From Candidatus Latescibacterota bacterium (GTDB lineage Bacteria; Latescibacterota; UBA2968; UBA8231), in contig CBDBIJ010000139.1 of NCBI GenBank assembly GCA_965205655.1, forward strand, positions 1 through 11,600: 11,600 nucleotides of DNA. Reading direction: 5' to 3'. How positions within the stretch are numbered: the first letter of the stretch is position 1; each line of letters begins with the position of its first letter. Both the position numbers and the translations under genes were made by a program. The notes beneath the pieces are model-generated. The model did no database searches. It saw only the letters and a list, made by a program, of their open reading frames with translations, and was not told where the DNA came from. Below are positions 1 through 8,376 of the stretch, piece by piece.

Positions 1-762
1 GCCAAAGGGATCGGTCAGGGCATCTGTGAGGCCTTCGCTACTGAAGGAGCGAATGTGCTCTGCCTCGACGTGGACGAAGAGGCGGGAGACGAGCTCGCGG
101 CGAGCTCTGGACAGATAAGGTTTCGCAAAACGGATGTCACCTCGAATTCTGAGTGCGAGGCCGCAGTAGGTACCGCCGTTTCCGAGTTCGGCGGCGTCGA
201 TGTCCTGTGCAACAACGTCGGCATTCAACCGATGGAGTACTACGTCCCGGCTCATGAGCTCTCGGTGGAAGGCTGGGATCAGATCATCAATGTCAACCTC
301 AAGAGCTATTTCCTCATGACCAGGCTCTGCATCCCCGAGCTGAAGAAACGCGGGGGCGGCGCCATCATCAATACCGCGAGCGTCCAGGGATTGCAATCGA
401 TGAAGGGCGTCTCCGCCTATGCCGCCAGCAAGGGAGGCGTCATCACGCTGACCAAGCAGCTGGCTCTCGAATATGCCCGCGACAACATTCGCGTCCTCGC
501 TGTTAACCCGGGGACTATCGACACACCCATGGTGCAGACCTCGATCAAGGACCTGAGCAGCGACGAGCGGGCGGCCGCCATCAAGGGGATGGCTGAGGGA
601 CATCCCCTTGGACGCATGGGAAAACCGTCCGACATCGCCAACCTCGTCTTGTTCCTGGCGAGCGAAAAGGCATCCTTCATGACCGGTGACAACGTGTGCT
701 GTGATGGCGGCCTCATGTGCAAGGGTGCCTGGGCGGAGGCCGACGAAGCCATCGACCTTTAA
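1..762 (+). CDS. Classical short-chain dehydrogenase/reductase (SDR), probably NAD(H)-preferring; 5' end lies outside the window
   Basis: Frame 1 is open from base 1 and reads AKGIGQGICEAFATEGANVLCLDVD (end of the TGxxxGIG Rossmann motif, acidic residue after beta2). It also has NNVG (NNAG-like), catalytic S..YAASK, NPGTIDTPM, HPLGRMGKPSDIA and ASFMTG..CDGG. Stop TAA at 760-762. The ORF-track start at 55 is internal. Confidence 0.95.
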   Translation, partial: AKGIGQGICEAFATEGANVLCLDVDEEAGDELAASSGQIRFRKTDVTSNSECEAAVGTAVSEFGGVDVLCNNVGIQPMEYYVPAHELSVEGWDQIINVNLKSYFLMTRLCIPELKKRGGGAIINTASVQGLQSMKGVSAYAASKGGVITLTKQLALEYARDNIRVLAVNPGTIDTPMVQTSIKDLSSDERAAAIKGMAEGHPLGRMGKPSDIANLVLFLASEKASFMTGDNVCCDGGLMCKGAWAEADEAIDL

Positions 763-769
763 GCGACCT

Positions 770-2011
770 GTGCCAGCAGACCAAAATTCGAATCTGAAGA
801 GCTACGCCGACCTGACTGTGAAGGTCGGACTGAATCTCCAGAAGGATCAGCGCCTCGTGATCCGGGCCCCGATCGAGGCCGCTGCGCTTGTCCGCGAGAT
901 TACCAGCGCGGCCTACGATCTCGGGTGCCGTTACGTCGACGTGCTGTATGGGGACGAACAACTCGAGCTCATCCGCTTCGAGCACGCTCCCCGGGATTCC
1001 TTCGAGGAATTCCCCACCTGGCGAGTCGAGGGTTTGACCGGCTGTGCAGAGCGCGGCGACGCCTTTCTCAGAATCGCCGGAGACGATCCAGATCTTTTGA
1101 AGGATCAGGATCCGGACCTGGTCTCGCTCACCAGAAAGGTGGCTTCGGAGCAGTCGAAGCCGCTGCAGCAGTACATGACCAGGATGGCGACCAACTGGTG
1201 TGTAATTTCCGCCGCAGTCGCGCCGTGGGCGGCGCGCGTGTTCCCCGATGTGCCGGCAGCCGAGCAGGTCGACCGCCTGTGGGATGCCATCTTTCGCATG
1301 TGCCGCCTCGATAAAGCCGATCCCACCGCTGCCTGGAGAGATCACATTCAGCTGCTTGAGCAACGCCGCGAGTACTTGAACCGAAAGGCGTATGCCGCCC
1401 TCGAGTACTCGGCGCCGGGCACCGAGCTGACTCTGGGACTGCCAGCCGGACACATCTGGCGGGGCGGCATCGACAAGAGTGACGCCGGGACGACGTTCGT
1501 GCCCAATATTCCGACCGAGGAAGTCTTCACCATGCCGCACTGTCGCCAGACCGAAGGTGTGGTGGCTTCAACAAAGCCCCTGAATCTCGGCGGGTCGCTG
1601 ATCGAGAATTTCAGCCTCACCTTTCGAGAGGGCCGGATCGTCGATGTCTCAGCTGAATCAGGTGAGGAGATCCTGCGCAAACTGGTCGAGACCGACGAGG
1701 GTTCGGCTCGACTCGGAGAGGTCGCCCTCGTGCCGAACAGCTCACCGATCTCGAGGTTCGACCGCCTATTCTACAACACCCTTTTCGACGAGAACGCCTC
1801 CAATCACGTCGCCCTCGGCCAGGCCTACAACGTCTGCCTACAAGATGGCGCCGGCATGTCACCTGAGGCCTTCGCCGAAGCCGGCGGCAACACGAGCGTC
1901 ACGCACGTGGACTTCATGATCGGCTCCGGCGAGATGGATATCCACGGCGTCCTGTCCGATGGCTCCAAAGAGCAGGTGATACGCTGCGGTGAGTGGGCCT
2001 TCGATGCCTGA
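770..2011 (+). CDS. Peptidase M29 family aminopeptidase (AmpS/AmpT/PepS type), about 413 aa
   Basis: N-terminal YADLTVKVGLNLQKDQRLVI; metal-ligand motifs NIPTEEVFT, LGEVALV, YNTLFDENASNHVALGQAY and SVTHVDFMIG; C-terminal GEWAF. GTG at 770, 7 nt after the SDR stop, gives a family-typical length. The ORF-track start at 686 overlaps the SDR. The start is inferred. Confidence 0.95.
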   Translation: MPADQNSNLKSYADLTVKVGLNLQKDQRLVIRAPIEAAALVREITSAAYDLGCRYVDVLYGDEQLELIRFEHAPRDSFEEFPTWRVEGLTGCAERGDAFLRIAGDDPDLLKDQDPDLVSLTRKVASEQSKPLQQYMTRMATNWCVISAAVAPWAARVFPDVPAAEQVDRLWDAIFRMCRLDKADPTAAWRDHIQLLEQRREYLNRKAYAALEYSAPGTELTLGLPAGHIWRGGIDKSDAGTTFVPNIPTEEVFTMPHCRQTEGVVASTKPLNLGGSLIENFSLTFREGRIVDVSAESGEEILRKLVETDEGSARLGEVALVPNSSPISRFDRLFYNTLFDENASNHVALGQAYNVCLQDGAGMSPEAFAEAGGNTSVTHVDFMIGSGEMDIHGVLSDGSKEQVIRCGEWAFDA

Positions 2012-2043
2012 CTTATCCGCGAATCAACCTGTATCGCGATTCA

Positions 2044-2049
2044 GAGGAG
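2044..2049 (+). promoter_or_regulatory. Shine-Dalgarno site of the SAF-domain oxidoreductase
   Basis: GAGGAG lies 6 nt upstream of the in-frame GTG at 2056. Confidence 0.75.
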
Positions 2050-2055
2050 AGCGGC

Positions 2056-3411
2056 GTGTTCCCTGAGCTACTTGCCCGGCGGGCTGCCGAGGGAAATCCC
2101 ATCCGCGTCGGCATCATCGGTGCGGGAAAGTTCGGAGCCGGCCTCGTTGCCCAGCTCTCCGTCGCCCCCGGGATGGTGGCCAGCGTGGTAGCGGACCTCG
2201 ACTTGAATCGCGCCAGGCACGCCTACACCGCCAGCTGCGTACCACCTGAAGAGGTATGCAGCACCGACAAGTCGGTAGATCTGGATGAGGCTATCCGCAA
2301 CCGGAAACCCGCCGTAACAGAGAACGCCCTCCTCGTCGCCTCCTCAGAGCTGGTAGACGTCGTCGTGGAGGCCACTGGCATCCCGGAAGTCGGCGCCCGC
2401 ACGGCCTTCCACGCCCTGACGCACGGGAAACACCTGGTCATGGTGAACGTGGAGACGGATGTGACCATCGGCTCCTATCTGAAGCATGTCGCCGATGAGG
2501 CAGGCGTCGTCTACACCCTCGTCGACGGCGATCAACCCGGCTGTACCATGAACATCGTCAACTGGGCCAGGACCGTCGGCCTCGAGATTGTCGCCGCCGG
2601 CCGGGGTACCGTCTTCTTCGGCGATGACAGAGCCGGCACGCCGGATTCGGTGCCCGAACGTTTCGGTTTCAGCGATGAAATGATGGCGCGCCGTCACATC
2701 AATCTCACGATGTTCAACTCCTTCCGCGACGGCACCAAGGCTCAGGTCGAGATGACGGCCCTGGCGAACATGACCGGGCTGATTCCGGATGTGCGCGGAA
2801 TGCACGAACCCTCCGCCGACATCGCCGACATCGCCCGCCTCTGCAGCCGGCGCGAGGAAGGTGGCCTGCTGAGCCGGCACGGTGTCGTCGAGCTCGCCAA
2901 CAGCGTCGCCGAGGATGGCGCCACGATGTTGGAATCGCCGTTGAGGATGGGCGTCTTCGTCGTTGTCCGCACCGATCATCCTTTCATCCAGGAAGATCTG
3001 GCCGGATATCATCTTCACGGCGGCGGCGATGGCAGGAACTTCCTGCTGTATCGTCCGTATCACCTCGTTGCCGTTGAAGCGCCCATCTCGATAGCGAAGG
3101 CCGTCCTCTACGGCGAGCCAACCGGGGCACCCCTGGAGAGCCCTGTAGCCGAGGTCATCACCGTCGCCAAGCGCGACTTGAAACAGGACGAGATCCTGGA
3201 CGGCGGAGGTGGCTACACCGTCAACGGCCTATGCGAAAAATCCGCCGTAGCCCGATCCGAAAACCTGCTTCCCCTGGGTCTGGCCACCGGCGCCAGGCTG
3301 AAGCGGGATGTGCTCGAGGGATCGGCGATTACGTATGACATGGTGGATCTGAAGGAGGACTCCTTCGTCCTCGAGCTGCGCCGTCGGCAGGATGCCGTGG
3401 CCGTATCGTGA
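2056..3411 (+). CDS. NAD(P)-dependent oxidoreductase, homoserine-dehydrogenase-like NAD-binding domain plus C-terminal SAF domain (COG4091 type), about 451 aa; substrate unknown
   Basis: IRVGIIGAGKFG Rossmann motif; VVVEATG, KHLVMVNVETDVTIG, DGDQPG, FRDGTKAQVEMTALAN and YRPYHL; SAF-like end AKRDLKQDEILDGGGGYTV...LPLGLATGARLKRDV...ITYDMV. GTG start with an SD site. Confidence 0.88.
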   Translation: MFPELLARRAAEGNPIRVGIIGAGKFGAGLVAQLSVAPGMVASVVADLDLNRARHAYTASCVPPEEVCSTDKSVDLDEAIRNRKPAVTENALLVASSELVDVVVEATGIPEVGARTAFHALTHGKHLVMVNVETDVTIGSYLKHVADEAGVVYTLVDGDQPGCTMNIVNWARTVGLEIVAAGRGTVFFGDDRAGTPDSVPERFGFSDEMMARRHINLTMFNSFRDGTKAQVEMTALANMTGLIPDVRGMHEPSADIADIARLCSRREEGGLLSRHGVVELANSVAEDGATMLESPLRMGVFVVVRTDHPFIQEDLAGYHLHGGGDGRNFLLYRPYHLVAVEAPISIAKAVLYGEPTGAPLESPVAEVITVAKRDLKQDEILDGGGGYTVNGLCEKSAVARSENLLPLGLATGARLKRDVLEGSAITYDMVDLKEDSFVLELRRRQDAVAVS

Positions 3412-3447
3412 TCGCAACATCGACACGTCGCCATTCGGGCTGAGCCC

Positions 3448-5493
3448 ATGACGGTGCGCATCGCCATCGACACCGGCGGCACATTCACCGACCTCGTCCT
3501 CGTGGACGCCGACTCCGGTGGCCTCTTCTTTCACAAAGTAGCGAGCACGCCTGACGATCCCGGTCGTTCACTCGTTCTGGGAATCGCCGAGATCATCGAG
3601 CTGTCTGGCACCTCCGGACGTCGCATTGAAATTCTCATCCACGGCACCACGGTCGCCACCAACACGGTGCTGCAGCGCAACGGCGCCAGGACCGCCCTTG
3701 TCACTACGGCCGGCTTCCGCGATGTGTTGCAGATTCAGCGCCAGGACCGGCCTCACATGTACGACCTGCGCAGTCGTCGAGCCGAACCCCTCGTGCCGCG
3801 CTCGCTGCGTTTCGAGGTGGAGGAGCGAATACACTACGATGGCACTGTTGAGACTCCTGTCGCGCCGGACACTCTCGACGCGATCGTCGCCGCAATCGAG
3901 GAGCGCGACGTCGAGGCTGTCGCCGTAGGGTTCCTGCACAGCTACTGCGATCCGACTCACGAGATCGAAGTCGGCCGCATCCTCGGTTCGCGACTGCCCC
4001 GGGCCATCTCCATCTGCCTGTCGCACGAGCTCGTGCAGGAACAGGGCGAGTACGAGCGCTTCAGCACCTGCGCCATGAACGCCTTCGTACAGCCCGTCAT
4101 GGGCCGCTACGTGAAGCGCGTCGAAGGCGGCCTCAGTGATGCCGGTTTCGTCGCCCCTCTTTTCATCATGAAATCCAACGGCGGCGCCATGTCGGCCGCC
4201 GACGCCGCCCGTCAATCGGTGCAGACCATTCTCTCGGGCCCGGCCGGCGGGGTCGTCGCTGGTCGCGCCATCGCCACAACGCACTCTCGAGATAACATCA
4301 TTACCTGCGACATGGGCGGCACCAGCTTCGACGTCGCGGTCATTCACCAGGGTCGCATCGCCTTTGCCCGCGATGCCGAGATGGCGGGGCTCGCACTGAA
4401 AGTTCCGATGCTCGACATACACACGGTCGGGGCCGGCGGTGGCAGCATCGGCTGGATTGACAGCGGCGGTGCCCTGCGGGTCGGTCCGGAGTCGGCAGGC
4501 GCTGACCCGGGACCCGCCTGCTACGGTCAGGGCGGCTCGAATCCTACTGTCACCGACGCCAACCTAGCCCTCGGACGCCTCTCACCAACCACTCTTCTGG
4601 GCGGCGGCATGCAGCTCGACCTCGAAGCCGCCCACCGCGCCATCCACGACCACATAGCCGTGCCGCTGAAGATGTCGGACGTGGAGGCGGCGGAAGGCGT
4701 CATCCGCGTGGTCAACGCCACCATGACGGCAGCCATCCGCAAGCTCACGGTGGAGCGCGGTCTCGATCCCCGCACCTTCACCCTCTGTTCCTTCGGTGGC
4801 GCCGGCCCGCTTCACGGGGCTGAGCTCGCCGGCGAGATGGGTGTCGACGAGGTCCTGATACCCCTCGCACCCGGCGTCACGTCAGCAGTGGGACTGCTGA
4901 TGTCCAATCTACGCGAAGATCGGGTGCGTACGGAGGTCTCCCTGCTCGCAGAAACTGCGCCATCGCGCATCCTCGAGATCGTCGGGGAACTTCAGCGTAC
5001 TGCAAAGGAGCGGCTCGCCTTCGCCTCGCAGGACCGCGAGCTCCTGACTCACATCCGGATGGGTATGCGCTATCTCGGGCAGGGATATGACGTGCCCGTA
5101 GAGATCACCATCGATCCACTCGAACTCGACGTCGTAGCGGACAATTTCCACAGCGCTCACGAGCGCATGTACGGGTTCGCGCGACGCGATCAACCGGTCG
5201 AGCTGGTCAGCATCTGGGTGTCGGTGGAGGTGGACCTGGGCGCGGTGACGTTACCGGAAATCCACCCCGTCGACACACCTCCCGCGGCCTGCAGCAATCG
5301 CAAAGTCATCTTCGGGGGCCGGTCATGGGACACACCCGTGTTCCGACGGGACGCCCTTGGAGCCGACGCTCGTCTCGAAGGCCCGGCCGTCGTCGAACAG
5401 CTCGATTCTACGACCCTCCTCTGGCCCGGCCAGCTCGCCGCCGTCGACCGCTTCGGGCTGCTCCTGATGGAGCCCATACCAGCGGAAGCCTGA
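3448..5493 (+). CDS. Hydantoinase/oxoprolinase family subunit A (N-methylhydantoinase A / HyuA-like, ATP-binding), 681 aa
   Basis: Motifs IDTGGTFTD, HGTTVATN, TTAGFRDVL, EYERFST, LSGPAGG, DMGGTSFD, VGAGGGSI, VGPESAGADPGPACYGQGG, TVTDAN, FGGAGPLH, RYLGQG and GPAVVEQLDSTT. Confidence 0.96.
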   Translation: MTVRIAIDTGGTFTDLVLVDADSGGLFFHKVASTPDDPGRSLVLGIAEIIELSGTSGRRIEILIHGTTVATNTVLQRNGARTALVTTAGFRDVLQIQRQDRPHMYDLRSRRAEPLVPRSLRFEVEERIHYDGTVETPVAPDTLDAIVAAIEERDVEAVAVGFLHSYCDPTHEIEVGRILGSRLPRAISICLSHELVQEQGEYERFSTCAMNAFVQPVMGRYVKRVEGGLSDAGFVAPLFIMKSNGGAMSAADAARQSVQTILSGPAGGVVAGRAIATTHSRDNIITCDMGGTSFDVAVIHQGRIAFARDAEMAGLALKVPMLDIHTVGAGGGSIGWIDSGGALRVGPESAGADPGPACYGQGGSNPTVTDANLALGRLSPTTLLGGGMQLDLEAAHRAIHDHIAVPLKMSDVEAAEGVIRVVNATMTAAIRKLTVERGLDPRTFTLCSFGGAGPLHGAELAGEMGVDEVLIPLAPGVTSAVGLLMSNLREDRVRTEVSLLAETAPSRILEIVGELQRTAKERLAFASQDRELLTHIRMGMRYLGQGYDVPVEITIDPLELDVVADNFHSAHERMYGFARRDQPVELVSIWVSVEVDLGAVTLPEIHPVDTPPAACSNRKVIFGGRSWDTPVFRRDALGADARLEGPAVVEQLDSTTLLWPGQLAAVDRFGLLLMEPIPAEA

Positions 5494-5495
5494 CG

Positions 5496-7139
5496 ATGAG
5501 TGTCGATCCTGTCACCCTGGAGATCATGCGCAACCGCTGGAAAGGCATCGCCGAGGAGATGTGTGCGGCCCTCGTGCGCACGAGCTATTCGACCAACATC
5601 AAGGACCGCCGCGATTGCTCCGCCGCCATCGCCCTGACCTCCGGCGAAATCCTCGCTCAGGCCGAGGTCGGCACGCCGCTTCACCTTGGTATCATGCCCG
5701 GCGTTATCGACTCAGTGCTGCGCGAGTTTGCCGTAGACGACATGCGCCCCGGCGACATGTATATCACCAACCTCCCCTACCCCGAGGGCCCCGGCCACCT
5801 GCCGGACGTGTCCATGGTGTCGGCCGTCTTCCGCGACGGCAGACCGGTCGCTCTGAGTGCATCGACGGCCCACCACGTCGATATGGGCGGCTACGCACCC
5901 GGCAGCATGCCCTTCGGCGTCACCGAGATCTATCAGGAGGGACTGCAGATTCCCCCCGTGCGCATGTTCGCCGGCGGCGAAATCGACGAGACGCTCTACA
6001 AGCTGATAGACCAGAATGTGCGCACCCGCCACGAGGTGATTGGCGATCTCATGGCCCAGTACGCCTGTGCCTGCACCGCTCAACTGCGCATCGACGAATT
6101 GATGCAGCGCACGGATGCCGACGACAGCATCTCCGGCATGAATGAGCTCCTCGAATACGCCGAGCGTCGCATGCGCGCCGCTATAGGAACTTTACCGAAC
6201 GGCACCTACCGCTTCGAGGACTATCTCGACGACGACGGCGTCACAGATGAGCCTGTCAGAATCGCCGTCGCCCTCACGGTAGAAGAAGATCGTCTGCGCG
6301 CCGACTTCACCGGGACGAGCGAGCAAGTACTGGGACCGCTCAACGCCCGCATTTCGGCCGCGAGGGCCGCCGTCTACTACGTGTCCAAGGCCGTCCTCGA
6401 CCCGGACCTGCCCACCAACGCCGGCGCCTACCGTCCCATCGAGGTGTTCGCCCCGGAGGGCAGCCTGCTGCAGGCCACCTACCCCGCCGCCATCGGCAAC
6501 GCCAACATCATCACTGACCAGCGCGTCGTAGACGTCTTGCTCGGTGCCCTGCACGAAGTTGCCCCGGAACGGGTCTGCGCCGCCTGTAGCGGTGAGATGA
6601 ACCTGCTCAACATCGGCGGCATCGACCCGCACAGCGGCGACTACTACAACTACGTCGAGACCTATGCCGGCGGGCAGGGTGCCATGTTCGACCTCGATGG
6701 GGCAGACGGCGTGCACACCCACCTCACCAATACCCGAAATGCCCCCGTGGAAGTGATCGAGCGCACCTACCCGCTGCAGGTCGTGCGCTACGGCCTGGTG
6801 CCCGACACCTTCGGCGCCGGCGAATTCCGCGGCGGCTGCGGCATGCTGCGCGAGCTGAAATGTCTCGGCGACCGCACCATCATAACGATCGGCTCCGATC
6901 GCCGTAGGTTCACGCCGTGGGGCCTCGAGGGAGGGGGCAACGCCGAGGGCGCTCATTGCTGGGTCATCTCAGCGAACGGCGATCGGCGGGAGCTGCCGAC
7001 GAAGGTCCGCGTCGAGCTCCGACACGGCGACCGCCTGTTGACGCAGACTCCCGGAGGCGGAGGCTGGGGCGATCCCCAGAAACGGGATCCCGCCATGGTC
7101 GCAGTTGATGTGGACAATGGATTGCAAACCGACGGATGA
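5496..7139 (+). CDS. Hydantoinase B/oxoprolinase family subunit (HyuB-like), about 547 aa
   Basis: Starts MSVDPVTLEIMRN 2 nt after the subunit A stop. Motifs RTSYSTNIKDRRDCS, PLHLG, GHLPD and HHVDMGG (putative metal ligands), EIYQEGLQIPP, DFTGTS, NTRNAPVEVIE, GAGEFRGG, PWGLEGG and TPGGGGWGDP. Confidence 0.95.
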   Translation: MSVDPVTLEIMRNRWKGIAEEMCAALVRTSYSTNIKDRRDCSAAIALTSGEILAQAEVGTPLHLGIMPGVIDSVLREFAVDDMRPGDMYITNLPYPEGPGHLPDVSMVSAVFRDGRPVALSASTAHHVDMGGYAPGSMPFGVTEIYQEGLQIPPVRMFAGGEIDETLYKLIDQNVRTRHEVIGDLMAQYACACTAQLRIDELMQRTDADDSISGMNELLEYAERRMRAAIGTLPNGTYRFEDYLDDDGVTDEPVRIAVALTVEEDRLRADFTGTSEQVLGPLNARISAARAAVYYVSKAVLDPDLPTNAGAYRPIEVFAPEGSLLQATYPAAIGNANIITDQRVVDVLLGALHEVAPERVCAACSGEMNLLNIGGIDPHSGDYYNYVETYAGGQGAMFDLDGADGVHTHLTNTRNAPVEVIERTYPLQVVRYGLVPDTFGAGEFRGGCGMLRELKCLGDRTIITIGSDRRRFTPWGLEGGGNAEGAHCWVISANGDRRELPTKVRVELRHGDRLLTQTPGGGGWGDPQKRDPAMVAVDVDNGLQTDG

Positions 7140-7966
7140 ACTACATCGACGCACACGTACATGTCTGGACGGACGACTATGACTCCTTTCCTTTCGCGGA
7201 CGGCCGTGACCACGAAGAGGCGAAACCGAAGACCTTCTTTCCGGAGGAGATTCTCGCTCACGCAAACCCGTGCGGCGTCGACCGCGTCGTGCTCGTGCAG
7301 ATGAGCTTTTACGAGACCGACAACTCCTATATGCTGCGCGTCATGGATGAGCATGCCGGTGTCTTCGCCGGCATCGGCATCGTTGACCCCAGTAGTGCGG
7401 AACCCGACGGGGACATGCGGCGCCTTGCTGAGCGGGGTGTGCGCGGCTTTCGCATCTACGAGGACTCCCCGATCGAAACGTGGCTGCAGGGCGACGGCTA
7501 CGAGCGCATGTTTCGCGCCGATGCCGAACACGGGCTGGCTATCTGTCCGCTAATCAACCCGGAATCCCTGCCCGCACTGGACCGCCACTGCTCGATGTTT
7601 CCCGAAACGCCGGTTATCGTCGACCATTTGTGCCGAATCGGGGCCAATCGCGGGATTCTCTCTGACGATGTTGCCGCCCTGTGTGCTCTGGCTCGCTATC
7701 CGCAGGTGATGGTAAAAGTCTCCGCCTTCTACGCCCTGGGAGAGAAGCAGCCGCCCCATACGGATCTGGAAAAGCTGATTCGGCAGGTGTGCGACGCCTT
7801 CGGACCGCAGCGGTTGATGTGGGCGAGCGATTGCCCCTATCAGGTGCAGGGCGAGCATACCTACGAGGCCAGCGTCGCCCTCGTTCGCGACCGGCTCGAT
7901 TTCTTGTCGACCTCGGACCGGGAGCAGATCCTGCGCGGGACCGCCGAGTCGTTCTTTTTCAGCTGA
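7136..7966 (+). CDS. Amidohydrolase_2 family TIM-barrel hydrolase (COG3618-like, lactonase-type), 276 aa
   Basis: IDAHVHVW (HxH), GVDRVVLVQ, DNSYML, GVRGFR, IVDHL, VKVSA and FGPQRLMWASDCP (beta8 Asp). ATGA overlap with the upstream stop at 7136-7139. Confidence 0.92.
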   Translation: MNYIDAHVHVWTDDYDSFPFADGRDHEEAKPKTFFPEEILAHANPCGVDRVVLVQMSFYETDNSYMLRVMDEHAGVFAGIGIVDPSSAEPDGDMRRLAERGVRGFRIYEDSPIETWLQGDGYERMFRADAEHGLAICPLINPESLPALDRHCSMFPETPVIVDHLCRIGANRGILSDDVAALCALARYPQVMVKVSAFYALGEKQPPHTDLEKLIRQVCDAFGPQRLMWASDCPYQVQGEHTYEASVALVRDRLDFLSTSDREQILRGTAESFFFS

Positions 7967-7972
7967 CGAGAG

Positions 7973-8004
7973 AAAAAAAAGGGCGGCCTCCTGATGGAGC
8001 CGCC
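7973..8004 (-). terminator. Rho-independent terminator for the - strand small gene; the hairpin may also act on the converging + operon
   Basis: + strand reads A8 (7973-7980), G, then GGCGGC(C)TCC-TGAT-GGAGCCGCC (7982-8004): a 9-bp GC-rich stem with one bulge, followed on the - strand by U8. It lies 33 nt past the stop at 8038 and between convergent genes. Confidence 0.85.
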
Positions 8005-8037
8005 GGTGAGAATTCTCGTGTCTGTTGCTCCTCTACC

Positions 8038-8376
8038 CTACGCTGCGGCTGCCTCCGTGAGGTCGAACGATTTTCGCACCAGCGCCTGGTTGACTCCGAT
8101 TTGAATCGGGGATTCGGTTTCGAGAACAGTGAGCTCCGCCGAAAGTCTGCGGACGGCCTCCACCTTCTCCTGCTTGATCTTGGCAACCAGATCCAGGTTA
8201 CCCTGGACCGTCTGGGTTCTCAGCTCCAGGTCGTGTAGCTTTCGCCGCATTGCCTCGCGGACCATCTCCAGCTGGAACACGTCGTTCTTCTTGACCGCCA
8301 GGACCTTGCCCGTCACCAGGGCCGTCGCCGTGGTCGCAAGTACCAGCATCACTGCGAGGAGAATCAATCCCGACAT
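8038..8376 (-). CDS. Hypothetical 112-aa protein: N-terminal hydrophobic helix followed by a long coiled coil
   Basis: ATG at 8376 with GGAG 7 nt upstream (ggcGGAGctcagagATG). Hydrophobic segment MSGLILLAVMLVLATTATALVTG, then continuous 3-4 heptad periodicity. It has a correctly oriented terminator and fills an otherwise empty gap. Confidence 0.78.
   Translation of the reverse strand: MSGLILLAVMLVLATTATALVTGKVLAVKKNDVFQLEMVREAMRRKLHDLELRTQTVQGNLDLVAKIKQEKVEAVRRLSAELTVLETESPIQIGVNQALVRKSFDLTEAAAA

Noticed and set aside
3421..3447. Tiny inverted repeats CGAC-AC-GTCG and GGGC-TGA-GCCC before the hyuA start
   Set aside because: Stems of 4-5 bp are expected by chance at this GC content and there is no U tract.
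3448..7139. Acetone/acetophenone carboxylase
   Set aside because: No gamma or accessory subunit genes, and the B subunit is much shorter than the acetone carboxylase alpha subunit.
713..7531. Long antisense or alternate-frame ORFs (713-1540, 2344-3063, 3568-4422, 5561-6145, 6192-6956, 6953-7531)
   Set aside because: They overlap well-supported genes, carry no recognisable motifs, and are expected shadow ORFs in GC-rich coding DNA.
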